A DNA stretch of 62,543 nt, filler included. It is 7 parts of 7 records of this genome, joined end to end, with 100 filler letters (N's around TTAATTAATTAA, not from the genome) between each part and the next. Parts side by side here need not be neighbours in the genome. Positions count along the whole stretch, not along the records: positions 1 to 24,409 come from SRR31147125_20655; 6 more parts are not named here. One strand, given 5' to 3'. This document shows, in pieces, positions 1 through 10,733 of this stretch (within the stretch, counting starts at the first letter, position 1; every line of letters starts with the position of its first letter). The notes beneath the pieces were generated by a model that saw only the letters and a program-made list of their open reading frames with translations, did not search any database and was not told the DNA's origin. A program made the position numbers and the translations under genes.

Positions 1-2
1 AA

Positions 3-353
3 AAAAATTATGTCAGCCATGTGCATTACAGCTTTGGCAGTATTTTTAAAACATTCTGGAATATCCTTGGACTACCCTACCTAAACCAGTATGATGCCGG
101 TGCAACAGACATGGCAGATATGTTTACAAACGAACCTGATTTTACAGCCTATAATGCTTTGCCGGTTGATCCGCGAATTTTTGAACCACAAAAAGCCCTG
201 GATCCCTTTGATGAAAACTTTGACTGGAAAGCTCTTGACGAATCCCCAATGATTGATAATCCGGAAGACATGTTACGGGAGAGCAAGGAACAGGAAAGTT
301 TCCGTCTGGAAAACAGAGAAAAGAAAAGAACCGGTAAAAAAGTAAATAAATAA
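3..353 (+). CDS. 3' end of a phosphoesterase/alkaline-phosphatase-family (YncE beta-propeller fusion type) protein, 5' partial
   Basis: Frame open from contig start (KNYVSHVHYSFGSIFKTFWNILGLPYLNQYDAGATDMADMFT), resembling C-termini of this family. Confidence 0.55.
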   Translation, partial: KNYVSHVHYSFGSIFKTFWNILGLPYLNQYDAGATDMADMFTNEPDFTAYNALPVDPRIFEPQKALDPFDENFDWKALDESPMIDNPEDMLRESKEQESFRLENREKKRTGKKVNK

Positions 354-481
354 AGATGATAAATCAGGTACAGGATATGAAGCAAGGTCGATATTCAGAG
401 CTTCTGGATTGAGTTACTCTATTCAATCTCCTGTTACCGGTTAATGCCGATAATGAATTCATTAAAAGTCTTTAGCAAAAT

Positions 482-1162
482 TTGATTTTCATTGTATATT
501 TTGTTAAAAATATATTACATTTTAATCACAAAATTTGTTTCCAGTGGAATATATTCATAATTCTGCTGTCTAAATTAGTAGATGGGAAAGAATCGATTCA
601 AAGATCAGACGAAGAATTATTACAGACTGCTCGTCAGGGCGATACCGAGTCCTTTAAGGAACTCGTTATTCGTTATGAGTCCAGAATAGCTGCGACTGTT
701 ATCGGAATGTTAGGCAGATGTCCGGAAGCAGAGGATGTCGGCCAGGAGACGTTTATCCGATTTTATAATAGTATGACCAAATTTCGCGGTGATTCAAGTA
801 TTGGTACCTATTTAACACGTATCGCTATAAATCTGTCGCTAAACGAACTTAAAAAGCGTAAACGGAGATCTCTTTTTTTCTCAACATCGATTGATACAAT
901 AGGAGAAATACCAGATAATTCCACTGATTCAGACTATAACGAAGAAAAAGAATTAATTCAACTAGCTTTACAAAACCTGGAACCAAAATTTCGTGCCGTA
1001 CTCGTCCTTCGCTTAATCGATGGATATTCAACAAAGGAAACGGCAAAGATATTAAAGCTTCCTGCCGGGACCGTATTATCGCGTCTGGCCCGGGCACAAG
1101 AAAAACTGAAGCAATTAATATCACCATATCTGGGAGAAAAGAATGAACAAAAAATTACGTAA
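482..1162 (+). CDS. ECF (sigma-70 family, RpoE-like) RNA polymerase sigma factor; true start probably ~582
   Basis: Region 2 (AEDVGQETFIRFY..FRGDSSIGTYLTRIAIN) and region 4 (GYSTKETAKILKLPAGTVLSRLARA). Confidence 0.92.
   Translation: MIFIVYFVKNILHFNHKICFQWNIFIILLSKLVDGKESIQRSDEELLQTARQGDTESFKELVIRYESRIAATVIGMLGRCPEAEDVGQETFIRFYNSMTKFRGDSSIGTYLTRIAINLSLNELKKRKRRSLFFSTSIDTIGEIPDNSTDSDYNEEKELIQLALQNLEPKFRAVLVLRLIDGYSTKETAKILKLPAGTVLSRLARAQEKLKQLISPYLGEKNEQKIT
546..573 (+). promoter_or_regulatory. Putative ECF sigma promoter (GGAAT-N17-GTCTAA), autoregulatory
   Basis: Resembles the sigmaE-type GGAAC..GTCTAA/TCAAA consensus; near copy at 2518-2546. Confidence 0.6.
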
Positions 1163-1577
1163 ACTTTTCTATCGATCTTTTGATGATTCATTGAGTCTGA
1201 GAGACCAGGAAAAACTTTTAAAAGCGCTAAAAAATTCTAAAGAACTTGACGGCGAAAAGGAACAACTCTATGCGATGCGAGAAGCTGTTTCGGCCAGTGC
1301 GGCAGACTCTTTTAAGCCTTTTTTTGCCGAGAGGGTTGTAAACAAAATCAAATTATCCTCTCAGAGGCAAGCAAGTCAGGAAATGTTTTTTGACTCAATG
1401 TTATTCCAGTTCCGTCGTGTTGCATTGGTGGGATTGTTTGTTACCATCGCTTTACTCTCCATAAACTTATTAGAGAATGATACAAAATCAATGGCAAATG
1501 AATTCATATCGTCTGAATTGAAATTTGAAGATGTCCTTGTCCCGGCATTCTCGACCTCTTTGGAGGATGTATTATGA
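1143..1577 (+). CDS. Putative single-pass anti-sigma factor
   Basis: Overlaps ECF gene end; helical N-terminus, FAERV motif, one TM segment (VALVGLFVTIALLSI). Confidence 0.7.
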   Translation: MNKKLRKLFYRSFDDSLSLRDQEKLLKALKNSKELDGEKEQLYAMREAVSASAADSFKPFFAERVVNKIKLSSQRQASQEMFFDSMLFQFRRVALVGLFVTIALLSINLLENDTKSMANEFISSELKFEDVLVPAFSTSLEDVL

Positions 1578-2047
1578 ACATTAAAGTGAAATCGACCATA
1601 ATCATTCTATGCACGATGATCATTGGTATTGTCATCGGATTTCTGGGATCAAACCTTGTGTATCAGAAACGTCAAAAATCGTTACTTGAATTGCGAAAAT
1701 CAAGGGGATTTATGGCCTGGCAGGAACGGATATTTGAACCGACTGCAACACAAAAAGATACTTTGAATAAAGTATTTGCCAAATATCATCAACATTTTCT
1801 TGAAACATCTTCTCGTCACAGAGATGAAATAACAGCAATTGTAGATTCCATGTTGGTCGAACTGGATCCCATATTAACCAAAGAACAACGAAAAAGATTG
1901 GCAAAAAGAAGAGATTTTCTACGGTTTCGTGAAAGAGAAAAAAGACCCTTTGACAGACGTCCTCCGGATCATAGACCAGGAGAAAAACCGTTTGCTATAC
2001 CTCCTGAAGGAAAAGAAAAATGTTTCCATAATATTCGGGTGTTTTAA
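1574..2047 (+). CDS. Membrane-anchored Spy/CpxP-like helical periplasmic protein
   Basis: ATGA-coupled to anti-sigma gene; N-terminal TM; ILTKEQRK (LTxxQ) motif. Confidence 0.65.
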   Translation: MNIKVKSTIIILCTMIIGIVIGFLGSNLVYQKRQKSLLELRKSRGFMAWQERIFEPTATQKDTLNKVFAKYHQHFLETSSRHRDEITAIVDSMLVELDPILTKEQRKRLAKRRDFLRFREREKRPFDRRPPDHRPGEKPFAIPPEGKEKCFHNIRVF

Positions 2048-2155
2048 AACCAGGGTATTTATAAATCAACCGTTTGTTTTTTACTTCAGCCCTCAATGAC
2101 GTGCCCAATCACCACTTTTAGATTTTATTTTTTTATTTAATTCAATCGATTTAAT

Positions 2156-2186
2156 GATGCCTTACGACAGGAGTCTGTAGGGCATC
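2156..2186 (+). terminator. Hairpin downstream of ECF operon
   Basis: GATGCCTTAC...GTAGGGCATC followed by CATTTT. Confidence 0.4.
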
Positions 2187-2517
2187 CATTTTAATAATAT
2201 GAGCAGTCCCTTCCTGAATTTTCGCTTTTCCCATTTGAGAAAATATTCCGTAAAATCCGTATGCCATCCTGACACCCCACTCCCGGATGTGACAACATCA
2301 TCTCATCCCGGTTTTTAAAATACCTGCATCATTACAATAGACAGCCCTCAAACCGGTTTTCTATTCCAATCATTCAAATCGATTTAAATCTTTAAAAATT
2401 TTAAATATAAATATAACACATAGTCTTTTCTGGATTCATAATAAATGTACGATTCCAGATCCAGCCTCACTTGTTTGGTTCATGCTAAAAATATTTTTTT
2501 CTATTTGCAGATAAAAT

Positions 2518-2546
2518 GGAATGAATTGAATATTCGTGTTGTCTAA
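2518..2546 (+). promoter_or_regulatory. Putative ECF promoter (GGAAT-N18-GTCTAA)
   Basis: Same -35/-10 words as 546-573, ~70 bp upstream of the 2618 ATG. Confidence 0.5.
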
Positions 2547-2617
2547 TTGGCTGAAAAACGGATAAAACATGAAAAACAAGATTGAATGAGATTATCAAAC
2601 AAGTCAAGGAGCATTTC

Positions 2618-3241
2618 ATGAAGATAAAATCCATATCCATTAGCATTCTTTTTTTATTAGTGGCCACACAGTTCGTATTTGCACAACGGCAAGGGAATCA
2701 TAAAAGACAAATTGAAAATTTAACAGCACAACTCGAGCTTTCAGATGAACAGGTAGATAAAGTACAACAAATCTATGCAATGATGGATGAACAAGCTAAA
2801 AAGGATCAGGAACTCAATCAGGATAATCCCAGGGCCCTGAAAGACGCGGCAAAAGCCCGAAGGGAAATGACAGATCAGCTTTTTGAAAATATTCTGACGG
2901 AAGAACAAAAAGTCATCTATAAAAAAATCAAAAATATCAGACCACAAAATGATATGACACAGACTCTTATCGAGAAATTGAAACTCTCCGACAAACAAGC
3001 CGAAAAAGTTGCGTTAATAATCAGCGACTCTCAGGAACAAATGCGGGAACTGAGGGAAAAGAGCTCAGGAAATCAACATGAGATGATGCAAAAGATGAGA
3101 ATAATTATGCAAAAAACAGACAAGAATATTGAAGAATTACTATCAGACGAACAAAAAGAGATTTATGAAAAAATCAAACAAGAGCGCCAAAATCAAATGC
3201 AGGATCGAATGGGCGGCAGACGAGGTGGACGAAGAATGTAG
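2618..3241 (+). CDS. Exported Spy/CpxP-like (LTxxQ repeat) protein
   Basis: RBS AAGGAG; signal peptide ending VFA; LSDEQ/LTEEQ/LSDKQ/LSDEQ repeats; RMGGRRGGRRM tail. Confidence 0.75.
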   Translation: MKIKSISISILFLLVATQFVFAQRQGNHKRQIENLTAQLELSDEQVDKVQQIYAMMDEQAKKDQELNQDNPRALKDAAKARREMTDQLFENILTEEQKVIYKKIKNIRPQNDMTQTLIEKLKLSDKQAEKVALIISDSQEQMRELREKSSGNQHEMMQKMRIIMQKTDKNIEELLSDEQKEIYEKIKQERQNQMQDRMGGRRGGRRM

Positions 3242-3513
3242 TAAAACTGGTCAATATCACAAAAATGTGTGATGAATCGAAAAATCACTGGAACGAGCAA
3301 TCCAGTGCGACATGTATATTTTACGGTTTTTAACCTATGCGGGAATTTGCTGATTTTCAATGTGATATGTCAGATTCGAATAATGCCTGGTCGAGAGCAC
3401 GACATATCCCAAAAGCAGAAAAATCTATACGAAATATATAAATCAAGATGAATAAATAATGAAATGAATATTCAATCAGGATTGTCAAACTGATAAAATG
3501 AAAAGAGGATATT

Positions 3514-3750
3514 ATGAACAAAACATCAAATAACATCACTAAAACTCAACTTACGACTGACGATCTTGCATTTTCAGCCTATTTGAAAATGAAGGGGTAT
3601 GACCTCATAAAACTAAATCAACTCCAATCTAAAAAAACCTTTACCTTCGAAATCAACAAGAGTGAAGAAGTTGATCTCAAAGTAAAATTCATCAACAGCC
3701 CGTTTTTAAGTTTTTACAATGAAATTAGAAATTTGAAAAAGCTCATTTAG
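3514..3750 (+). CDS. Small DUF5659-like protein
   Basis: RBS GAGGA; TDDLAFSAYLKMKG..FTF..FYNEIRNLK pattern resembles DUF5659. Confidence 0.55.
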   Translation: MNKTSNNITKTQLTTDDLAFSAYLKMKGYDLIKLNQLQSKKTFTFEINKSEEVDLKVKFINSPFLSFYNEIRNLKKLI

Positions 3751-4123
3751 AGCACGAAAATAAAAGATGAAATGGTATTTGATGTGTTCAAATGCCTCCC
3801 AATTTTATTTTTTTTAGAATAGAAACTGTTTTTTCCCATATCCAGGATCTTTCAATTTTTTAATCCATGAGGTAAAATATGAAAATCCTTGAGTCAATTT
3901 ACGAATGATAGCCTTAATGTAATGAATACAATGGAACAGTAAATCAGCATCACTCGCAACATCGGGATTTAAATGTGTGCTTTGAAAAAGTTTTTATCCT
4001 TGTCTGTTGGCCTTCTTTATAGGAGCTCATAGATTATGCCTGATTTCAAATCGCTGAAAATTAGAAGAATTGATTATAGATAACCAGTCAACTAGGTAAA
4101 ATTAATGTAGGGAAACATTAAAA

Positions 4124-4997
4124 ATGAACAAATCAATCATAGCTTTCACAATGCTATTAGGTTTTATATTGTTCGCAGGCTGTAAAAACAATGAATTGCA
4201 AAGCTATAAACCAGAAAATAAAGTAGTCATAGACGGCCAGGATTCGGATTGGGACAACATTCCCCTCCATTATGAAGAAGACATGCAAGCCTCCCTGGGT
4301 CTAATGAACAATGACGAAAATATGTACATCACAATCAGGTTTAATGACCAGAATCTGGCCAAAAGAATACAAATGATGGGTTTGACCGTGTGGCTGAACA
4401 ACGAAGGTAATAAAGATAAGAAATACGGTTTGGTTTATACCGGAAGCCTTGAACTAAGCCAGAATATGCCGTCTTTAAGACCTGGCGAACCAACTAATGA
4501 CATGTCCGAAAAAATCCCATGCCCGGATTCAGAAATAAAGATTTACCCGAACCAGGCACCATCACCATTATTAACAATGAGGAAAAAGATCCGGACCGGA
4601 AGGTAATTTAGAAGGGCCGGCAGCGGCATCTGCTATACAAAAAGGAATTTATTGTTATGAATTCAAAATCCCCTACAATGTCCGGGAATTAAATCAGGAG
4701 AATGAAAATAATTCGCCTGAAAAGATTAATGTATGTCTGGAACTGGGTGGCCTCAGCAAAGAGGATAAGGAAAAAATGAAAACTGAAATATCTGGTCGTG
4801 GTGGTATGAGCGGAAGCATGGATCGAGGAGGTCGCGGGGGTGGAATGGGTGGCGGTAGAAGTGGAGGTATGGGAGGAGGCAGAGGAGGCCGTATGGGTGG
4901 TTCTCGTGATGGAGGTGAAAGACCCTCACTCGACAAAAAAGAAATATGGTTTAATGTAAAACTGGCAATACAAGAGTCAGAAAGCGCACATTTTTGA
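4124..4997 (+). CDS. Lipoprotein with Gly/Arg/Met-rich segment; two apparent homopolymer frameshifts (~4510, ~4585)
   Basis: Lipobox FAGC; IDGQDSDW motif; after frame correction continues YCYEFKIP..VCLELGG..GGMGGGR..KEIWFNVKLA. Confidence 0.7.
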
Positions 4998-5054
4998 CTA
5001 TTTCCATATAATTCTAATTAGATTAATTCAACACCACCGGATAGTGGAGGCCGT

Positions 5055-7529
5055 ATGCTTGAACTCACAACACAAGTAATATCAAGACGTTTTGTATTAT
5101 TGTATTACTTTACTCTTTTTCTCTTACTCACCTCACCCATTTTCGCACAAAGTAATGTTGCCAGAAACGACATAAAGGGAATTATTCGGGATGCGAAAAG
5201 TGGTGAAGCACTGCCTTATGCGAATGTCAGTATTGAGGGCACGAAAATCGGAACCAGTACCAACACAGACGGGTATTTCGTACTCGTAAATGTTCCGGTC
5301 GGTACCTATACCTTGATTATTCATTATATTGGATACACATCAAAATATTATGTTGTACAAAACAAACCACTAGAATCCCCTCTTTTAAAAATTGATCTGG
5401 AACCAACAGTCCTAGAATTGGAAGGGGTTACAGTTACGGCAAACGCAGAAATGTTAAAAACCACGGAAAATATCAGCCAAATCTCCATATCACCGATGCA
5501 ACTATCGTCGTTGCCCAGTATTGGTGAAGTAGACGTTTTTCGCTCAATGCAGTTACTCCCTGGCGTCAGTGCCGCAAATGACGGTTCATCCGGCCTCTAT
5601 GTTCGTGGCGGCACACCGGATCAGAATCTTATTCTCTTTGATGGTATGACCATATATCACGTGGATCATTTCTTTGGTTTTTTTAGCGCCTTTAACGCGG
5701 ATGCTATTAAAGATATCCAGCTCTATAAAGGCGGTTTTTCAGCGAAATATGGCGGCAGAATTTCCAGCGTTGTGGATCTGACAGGAAAAACAGGTGATCA
5801 GAATAAAACACGGTTCGGATTTGGTGCAAATCTCTTGAGTGCTCACGCTTCCCTGGAATTACCCATATTTGACAAGGGTGCTTTTTTATTAGCTGGCAGA
5901 CGATCCTATACCGATTTCATCCGTAGCCCCCTATACGATAGCATTTACGAGCTTATGACAGGCGAAGAAGATGGTGGCGCAGTCGGCGGTGGTTTTCGCC
6001 AACAGGGCGGTGGTGGCCGGTCCGGCGGCAATCAAATGGCAGGAGAATTCAAACCGAGCTTTTATTTTTACGATATGAACAGCAAATTGACTCTTTTACC
6101 TACATCCAAAGATATATTTACATTTAGCCTCTATAGTGGCAAGGACAATCTTGATAAATCCCAGGATTTCGGAAATACGTCCTTTAAATTTGGTGATACA
6201 GGCACCACAGGAACCATGAGCACAAATGATTTCACAAAATGGGGAAATGTGGGTATGAGTGGCAAGTGGTCCCGACAGTGGCATGACCGGTTTCATGTAG
6301 ATATCCTTGCTGCTTATTCAAGATACTTTAGTGATTATGACCGCAGTACAGATACCGGAGGCAACAATGTTTTCGCTCAAAATGATAGTTTAAACATGAG
6401 AAGAAGCTTTCTCAATGCAACAAAAGAAGAAAATACAGTCAAAGATATGAGTTATAAAATCGACATGGATTGGCAGGCAACTCAGTCCAACCGTATCGAT
6501 TTTGGCCTTCATATATCCAACTTTGATAATGAATACTATGCGACACGGGATGATTCCACCGATATCTTAACCCAGGATAAATCAGCCTTACTTTATACAT
6601 TATATGCACAAGATAAATTAAAAATAAAGAATATTGAATTAACCCTTGGCCTTCGCGGCTCGCATTATGACCGCACAGACAACCTCTATTACGAACCTCG
6701 ATTCTCTTTTAGTTATCCATTAATGAATAACCTGTCCTTTAAAGGTGCCTGGGGTGAATATTACCAGTTTGTCAACCAGATCAACAATGAAGATGTGACT
6801 CAGGGAGCCCGTGATTTCTGGCTGCTGGCAGATGAAAATTTCAAACCCAGTTATGCTGAACACAATATATTAGGTATAACCTATGAGAACACGAATTATG
6901 TTTTTGGCATCGAAGGTTATTACAAGAATCTGGATGATATTCTCGAATTTTCACGCCGATATATCAGTCGCAGGGAGACAGAAGATAACTTTTTTATTGG
7001 TTCAGGTGTTTCAAAGGGGCTGGAATTCCTGGTACAAAAACGAGGTATGTTGACGGGCTGGGTTGGCTATACACTTGGCAAAGTGGATTATACCTTTCCG
7101 GAAATGAACAATGGATTAAAATTTCCTGCAGAACAGGATCGTCGACATGAGATTAATGTGGTCACAAAACTAACCAGAGGTGTTTATACCTTCTCTGCCT
7201 CTTTTGTATTTGCATCCGGTAATGCTTATACCTCTCCGGAGAGTCAGTACTTTATCCCTCTCTTGAATGGACAAACCTACAGTTATATTCATGTGAGTGA
7301 TAAAAATGCCAATCGCTTGCCCGATTATCACCGTCTGGATCTGAGTGCATCCCGCCGATTTGAGTCGGAAAAATGGGCCATGGATCTCGGCATCAGTGTA
7401 TTTAATGTCTATAACCATAATAATGTGTGGTACCGTGACTATAATCTGGATACTGTGCCTATTACAATTTCAGATGTTCTCATGTTAGGATTCACCCCAA
7501 CTATTTATTTCCAGATGAATTTAAAGTGA
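5055..7529 (+). CDS. TonB-dependent outer-membrane receptor
   Basis: Signal peptide, carboxypeptidase-regulatory-like domain, plug (LYVRGGTPDQNLILFDG), beta-barrel with NVYNHNN motif. Confidence 0.93.
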   Translation: MLELTTQVISRRFVLLYYFTLFLLLTSPIFAQSNVARNDIKGIIRDAKSGEALPYANVSIEGTKIGTSTNTDGYFVLVNVPVGTYTLIIHYIGYTSKYYVVQNKPLESPLLKIDLEPTVLELEGVTVTANAEMLKTTENISQISISPMQLSSLPSIGEVDVFRSMQLLPGVSAANDGSSGLYVRGGTPDQNLILFDGMTIYHVDHFFGFFSAFNADAIKDIQLYKGGFSAKYGGRISSVVDLTGKTGDQNKTRFGFGANLLSAHASLELPIFDKGAFLLAGRRSYTDFIRSPLYDSIYELMTGEEDGGAVGGGFRQQGGGGRSGGNQMAGEFKPSFYFYDMNSKLTLLPTSKDIFTFSLYSGKDNLDKSQDFGNTSFKFGDTGTTGTMSTNDFTKWGNVGMSGKWSRQWHDRFHVDILAAYSRYFSDYDRSTDTGGNNVFAQNDSLNMRRSFLNATKEENTVKDMSYKIDMDWQATQSNRIDFGLHISNFDNEYYATRDDSTDILTQDKSALLYTLYAQDKLKIKNIELTLGLRGSHYDRTDNLYYEPRFSFSYPLMNNLSFKGAWGEYYQFVNQINNEDVTQGARDFWLLADENFKPSYAEHNILGITYENTNYVFGIEGYYKNLDDILEFSRRYISRRETEDNFFIGSGVSKGLEFLVQKRGMLTGWVGYTLGKVDYTFPEMNNGLKFPAEQDRRHEINVVTKLTRGVYTFSASFVFASGNAYTSPESQYFIPLLNGQTYSYIHVSDKNANRLPDYHRLDLSASRRFESEKWAMDLGISVFNVYNHNNVWYRDYNLDTVPITISDVLMLGFTPTIYFQMNLK

Positions 7530-7539
7530 GGTAAAGAAA

Positions 7540-8358
7540 ATGAAAATAAAATTACCGATTTTAATCCTTTTTATTGTGTTCTCAGGCTGCACAGATGAAT
7601 CTCCCCTTGCCCCTGTCAGCGAGTCTCTTGTTGTTCGTGGCTATCTGTATTCAGGTGAGCCCATCAATGATATTCAAATCACAAGTACACTGACGCTGGG
7701 AAGTGAAGACACCATTGCGCCGCCCATCAATGACGCGCAGGTTTCTCTTTTTAAAAACGGTGTGAGTTACAATCTCATCGCGAGTGATGGGGATAGCGGT
7801 TATTACCATTACGAAGGGATAGATTTAACGGTTGAAACGGGGGATGTTTTTGATATAAATGTAGACTATGGCGGCAATATCGCGTCAGGTTCAACAACAG
7901 TACCAGCCCCTCCATCAAATGTGACGGCCTCTGCAGAGACTGTTTTTGTTGCAACCGAATTTTCATTTGGTGGATTTAACCAGGATGATTCTACCCGCAC
8001 GATTTATGTAAACTGGGAAGAGGATCCATCCTCGTTATTTTATGTGACAATTGAAAACAAGGAAGAAAATCCGGATTCAATTGTAACAGACTTTCCATTT
8101 CGTCTTGGTGGAGGTAGTAAATTTATTTCGGCACCAATGTCCCTTAATGAATACCGAATTAACAGTCGTTCCCTGCCCTATTACGGAAAATACGAAATCA
8201 AAGTATACCGCGTGAATCAGGAATATGCCGATCTATACAGCTCGCGTCAGCAAGATTCTCGCGATCTGAATGAACCTCTGACCAATATAAATAATGGATT
8301 GGGCGTTTTTAGCGCCTTTAACAGCACGAGTATCTTTTTTACCGCAGTCGAAGAATAG
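7540..8358 (+). CDS. DUF4249-like lipoprotein (TonB receptor partner)
   Basis: Lipobox FSGC; C-terminal TNINNGLGVFSA; 10 bp after receptor. Confidence 0.8.
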   Translation: MKIKLPILILFIVFSGCTDESPLAPVSESLVVRGYLYSGEPINDIQITSTLTLGSEDTIAPPINDAQVSLFKNGVSYNLIASDGDSGYYHYEGIDLTVETGDVFDINVDYGGNIASGSTTVPAPPSNVTASAETVFVATEFSFGGFNQDDSTRTIYVNWEEDPSSLFYVTIENKEENPDSIVTDFPFRLGGGSKFISAPMSLNEYRINSRSLPYYGKYEIKVYRVNQEYADLYSSRQQDSRDLNEPLTNINNGLGVFSAFNSTSIFFTAVEE

Positions 8359-8397
8359 ACAATGTCACACGCTTAACATAGCGTATAAAAATAAAAT

Positions 8398-8481
8398 ACC
8401 CTTGGCAACGGCTACATTCCCAGCAGGAAAAAATATTCCTAAAGCTGGTCCTCCTCTAACCAAATAGTCGTTGTCAAGGGT
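8398..8481 (+). other. Structured RNA/terminator-like element between convergent genes
   Basis: 17-bp stem 8398-8414/8465-8481 with two G-U pairs on + strand enclosing a second hairpin. Confidence 0.5.
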
Positions 8482-8593
8482 CAGGTTTTTAACAAAATCA
8501 GTTATTTAAAATTCGGGCATGTCGACACGTTTTTTTTAGTGCCATGTATATAAATTAAAAAATAAAATTATAAAATCAACAACATCATTATTT

Positions 8594-9160
8594 TTAATAT
8601 ACCAATCCATTAATTTGTTTATATCGCATTAATACTTCACAGGCTTCTTTACGCAGTATATCATGATCCAATAGAATACCACGATTATCTAATTCTTTTT
8701 TCCAGTCAGAAGGCAGTGGACCTTCATCAAACCTGGTGATTTTCTCAACATCTGTCTTGCGCGCACCAATTATAATTCTTTTAACTCCGGACCACAGACA
8801 GGCACCTAAACACATGGAACAGGGTTGTGAGGATGTAACCAAAACATATCTTGCACTATCTTGTAAATCTAATCTATACTTTTTAAGGCGAGTCTGTGCC
8901 AAAACAAGTGCCATTATCTCAGCATGAGAAATGGAACAGAGTTCTGAAACCACACAATTAACCCCAACTGAAACCAGAGCACCGGTCTCATTATTAAATA
9001 CCGCCGCACCAAAGGGTCCTCCTGTCTCATGTTCGATATTCAATAGAGAAAGCTCAATGGCCAGTCGCATTTTGTCCTTATCAGTCAGATAGACCTTATT
9101 GAATCGAAAAGTAGAGATCCAGTGTGGAAGGCTAATTGTTTTGTTTTGAGATAAATTCAT
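8594..9160 (-). CDS. Zn-dependent nucleoside/nucleobase deaminase (CDA superfamily)
   Basis: GGPFGA, HAE and PCSMC motifs. Confidence 0.88.
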   Translation of the reverse strand: MNLSQNKTISLPHWISTFRFNKVYLTDKDKMRLAIELSLLNIEHETGGPFGAAVFNNETGALVSVGVNCVVSELCSISHAEIMALVLAQTRLKKYRLDLQDSARYVLVTSSQPCSMCLGACLWSGVKRIIIGARKTDVEKITRFDEGPLPSDWKKELDNRGILLDHDILRKEACEVLMRYKQINGLVY

Positions 9161-9275
9161 ATTTTTCTTTTAGTTTACTTGCTGTCAATTTCAATAGCGG
9201 ATAAGAGATAATTATTCAATTTCTCACATTTTTCACAAAAGGATGCATGCAGGGTGAGTGTCACACCAATATAAA

Positions 9276-10648
9276 TCATTCCAAAAATAATTCAATAACC
9301 GGAACAATAACATCCGGTTTTTGGACAGGTAACTGTAATGTAATTGTTTGTGGGCCACTTTTCGAGTCCTTGTCCATCCAGGCACCATGTCTTTTACCCA
9401 TCTTTATCTCAGAAGCATCATTGAGTAATTGTGCATACTTTACCTTACCAGCGTATCCATCCAGGTGTAAAGCTTTGAACGGCCATTCCATAATGTGAAT
9501 ATAAAGCCGATTTTTTCCGGATTAAAAGTCAGGAAACAGTTTTGAGGTACCTCAAATTCCGGTGGGGCCTGAGTACACCCGTATATTGATCTACTATGAT
9601 ATTTCATCCACTCACCCATAGCAGATAATTTATCCATTGCTCTTTGATCAAAGGTACCTCGGCCAGTCGGACCGACATTAAGTAACAAATTTCCACCTTT
9701 GCTGGTTGTTTCGATCAACATGGTGACAAGTTGGCGATCACTTTTCCAGGTATTCTCATCTCTATGATAGCCCCATGAACCGGAAAATGTCTGACATGTT
9801 TCCCAGGGAACTTGCTGGCCATCCACAGTCACCCAACTGCGTGGCATAAACTGTTCGGGTGTGCGAAAATCCCAACCGCCCTCCTTTTCGAGCAGATCCA
9901 GACGATCGTTGATAATGACGTTGGGCTGTAATGACCGTATCATTTTCAAGAGTTTCTCGGATTGCCAATCATCTCTCCCTTTGCCATCCTCGCCAGGGAA
10001 AGAGAAATCCAGAAACAGACAGTCAATTGGTCCAAAATCGATCAACAATTCTTCAACTTGTTTATGCAAATAAGTGGCATATTTTTTTACATCTCTGTCT
10101 CTATTCTTTTCCCGAAATTCTTTATTGTCACGCATGGGATGAATCCGGTCCACCGGATAATCAGGGTGATGCCAGTCAATCAGGGAATAATAAAAACCGA
10201 CTTTAAGTCCCTCCTCTCTGAACGCTTTTACCATGGGTTTTAACAAGTCTTTCCCATAAGGAGTATTGGTCACTTTATAATCCGTATATTTGGAATCCCA
10301 TAAACAGAATCCCTCGTGATGCTTTGCCGTAACAACAAAATATTTCATCCCGGCATTTTTAGCTGCCCGGGCCCATTCTTTTGGATTATACAAATCAGGA
10401 TCAAACAGATCAAAGTACTTTTGATAATCTTCATCGGTTATGCGTTCCTGGTTTTTCACCCATTCATGGCGCGCCGGCATCGCATAAAGGCCCCAATGTA
10501 TAAACATACCAAACCGGGCTTCAGTCCACCAGGCCATACGTTTTTGACGTTGTTCAGGTGTTTCCATAATATCAGCTGCCTGAACAATATTTGTCAGTAT
10601 AGTCAAAAGAAACAGAACATTAACAAATTTGAAAAAATTCTTCATCAT
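9276..10648 (-). CDS. Alpha-L-fucosidase (GH29), exported; frameshift at T6 9511-9516
   Basis: FGMFIHWG, KHHEGFCLW, WETCQT, SKGGNLLLNVGP; one added base gives PEKNRLYIHIMEWP joining the 9276..9491 ORF. Confidence 0.93.
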
Positions 10649-10733
10649 GATGAATCCTTTCTGTCACAAAGAAGGTATTTAAATGTTTCTAAAATTATAA
10701 AAAGAGAAAAGTAATAACAATGTTAGCCTTTTC

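Noticed and set aside
8594-9160. Deaminase as anti-phage/editing enzyme or part of the BMC pathway
   Set aside because: Ordinary stand-alone CDA-family protein with no defence partners and no encapsulation peptide.
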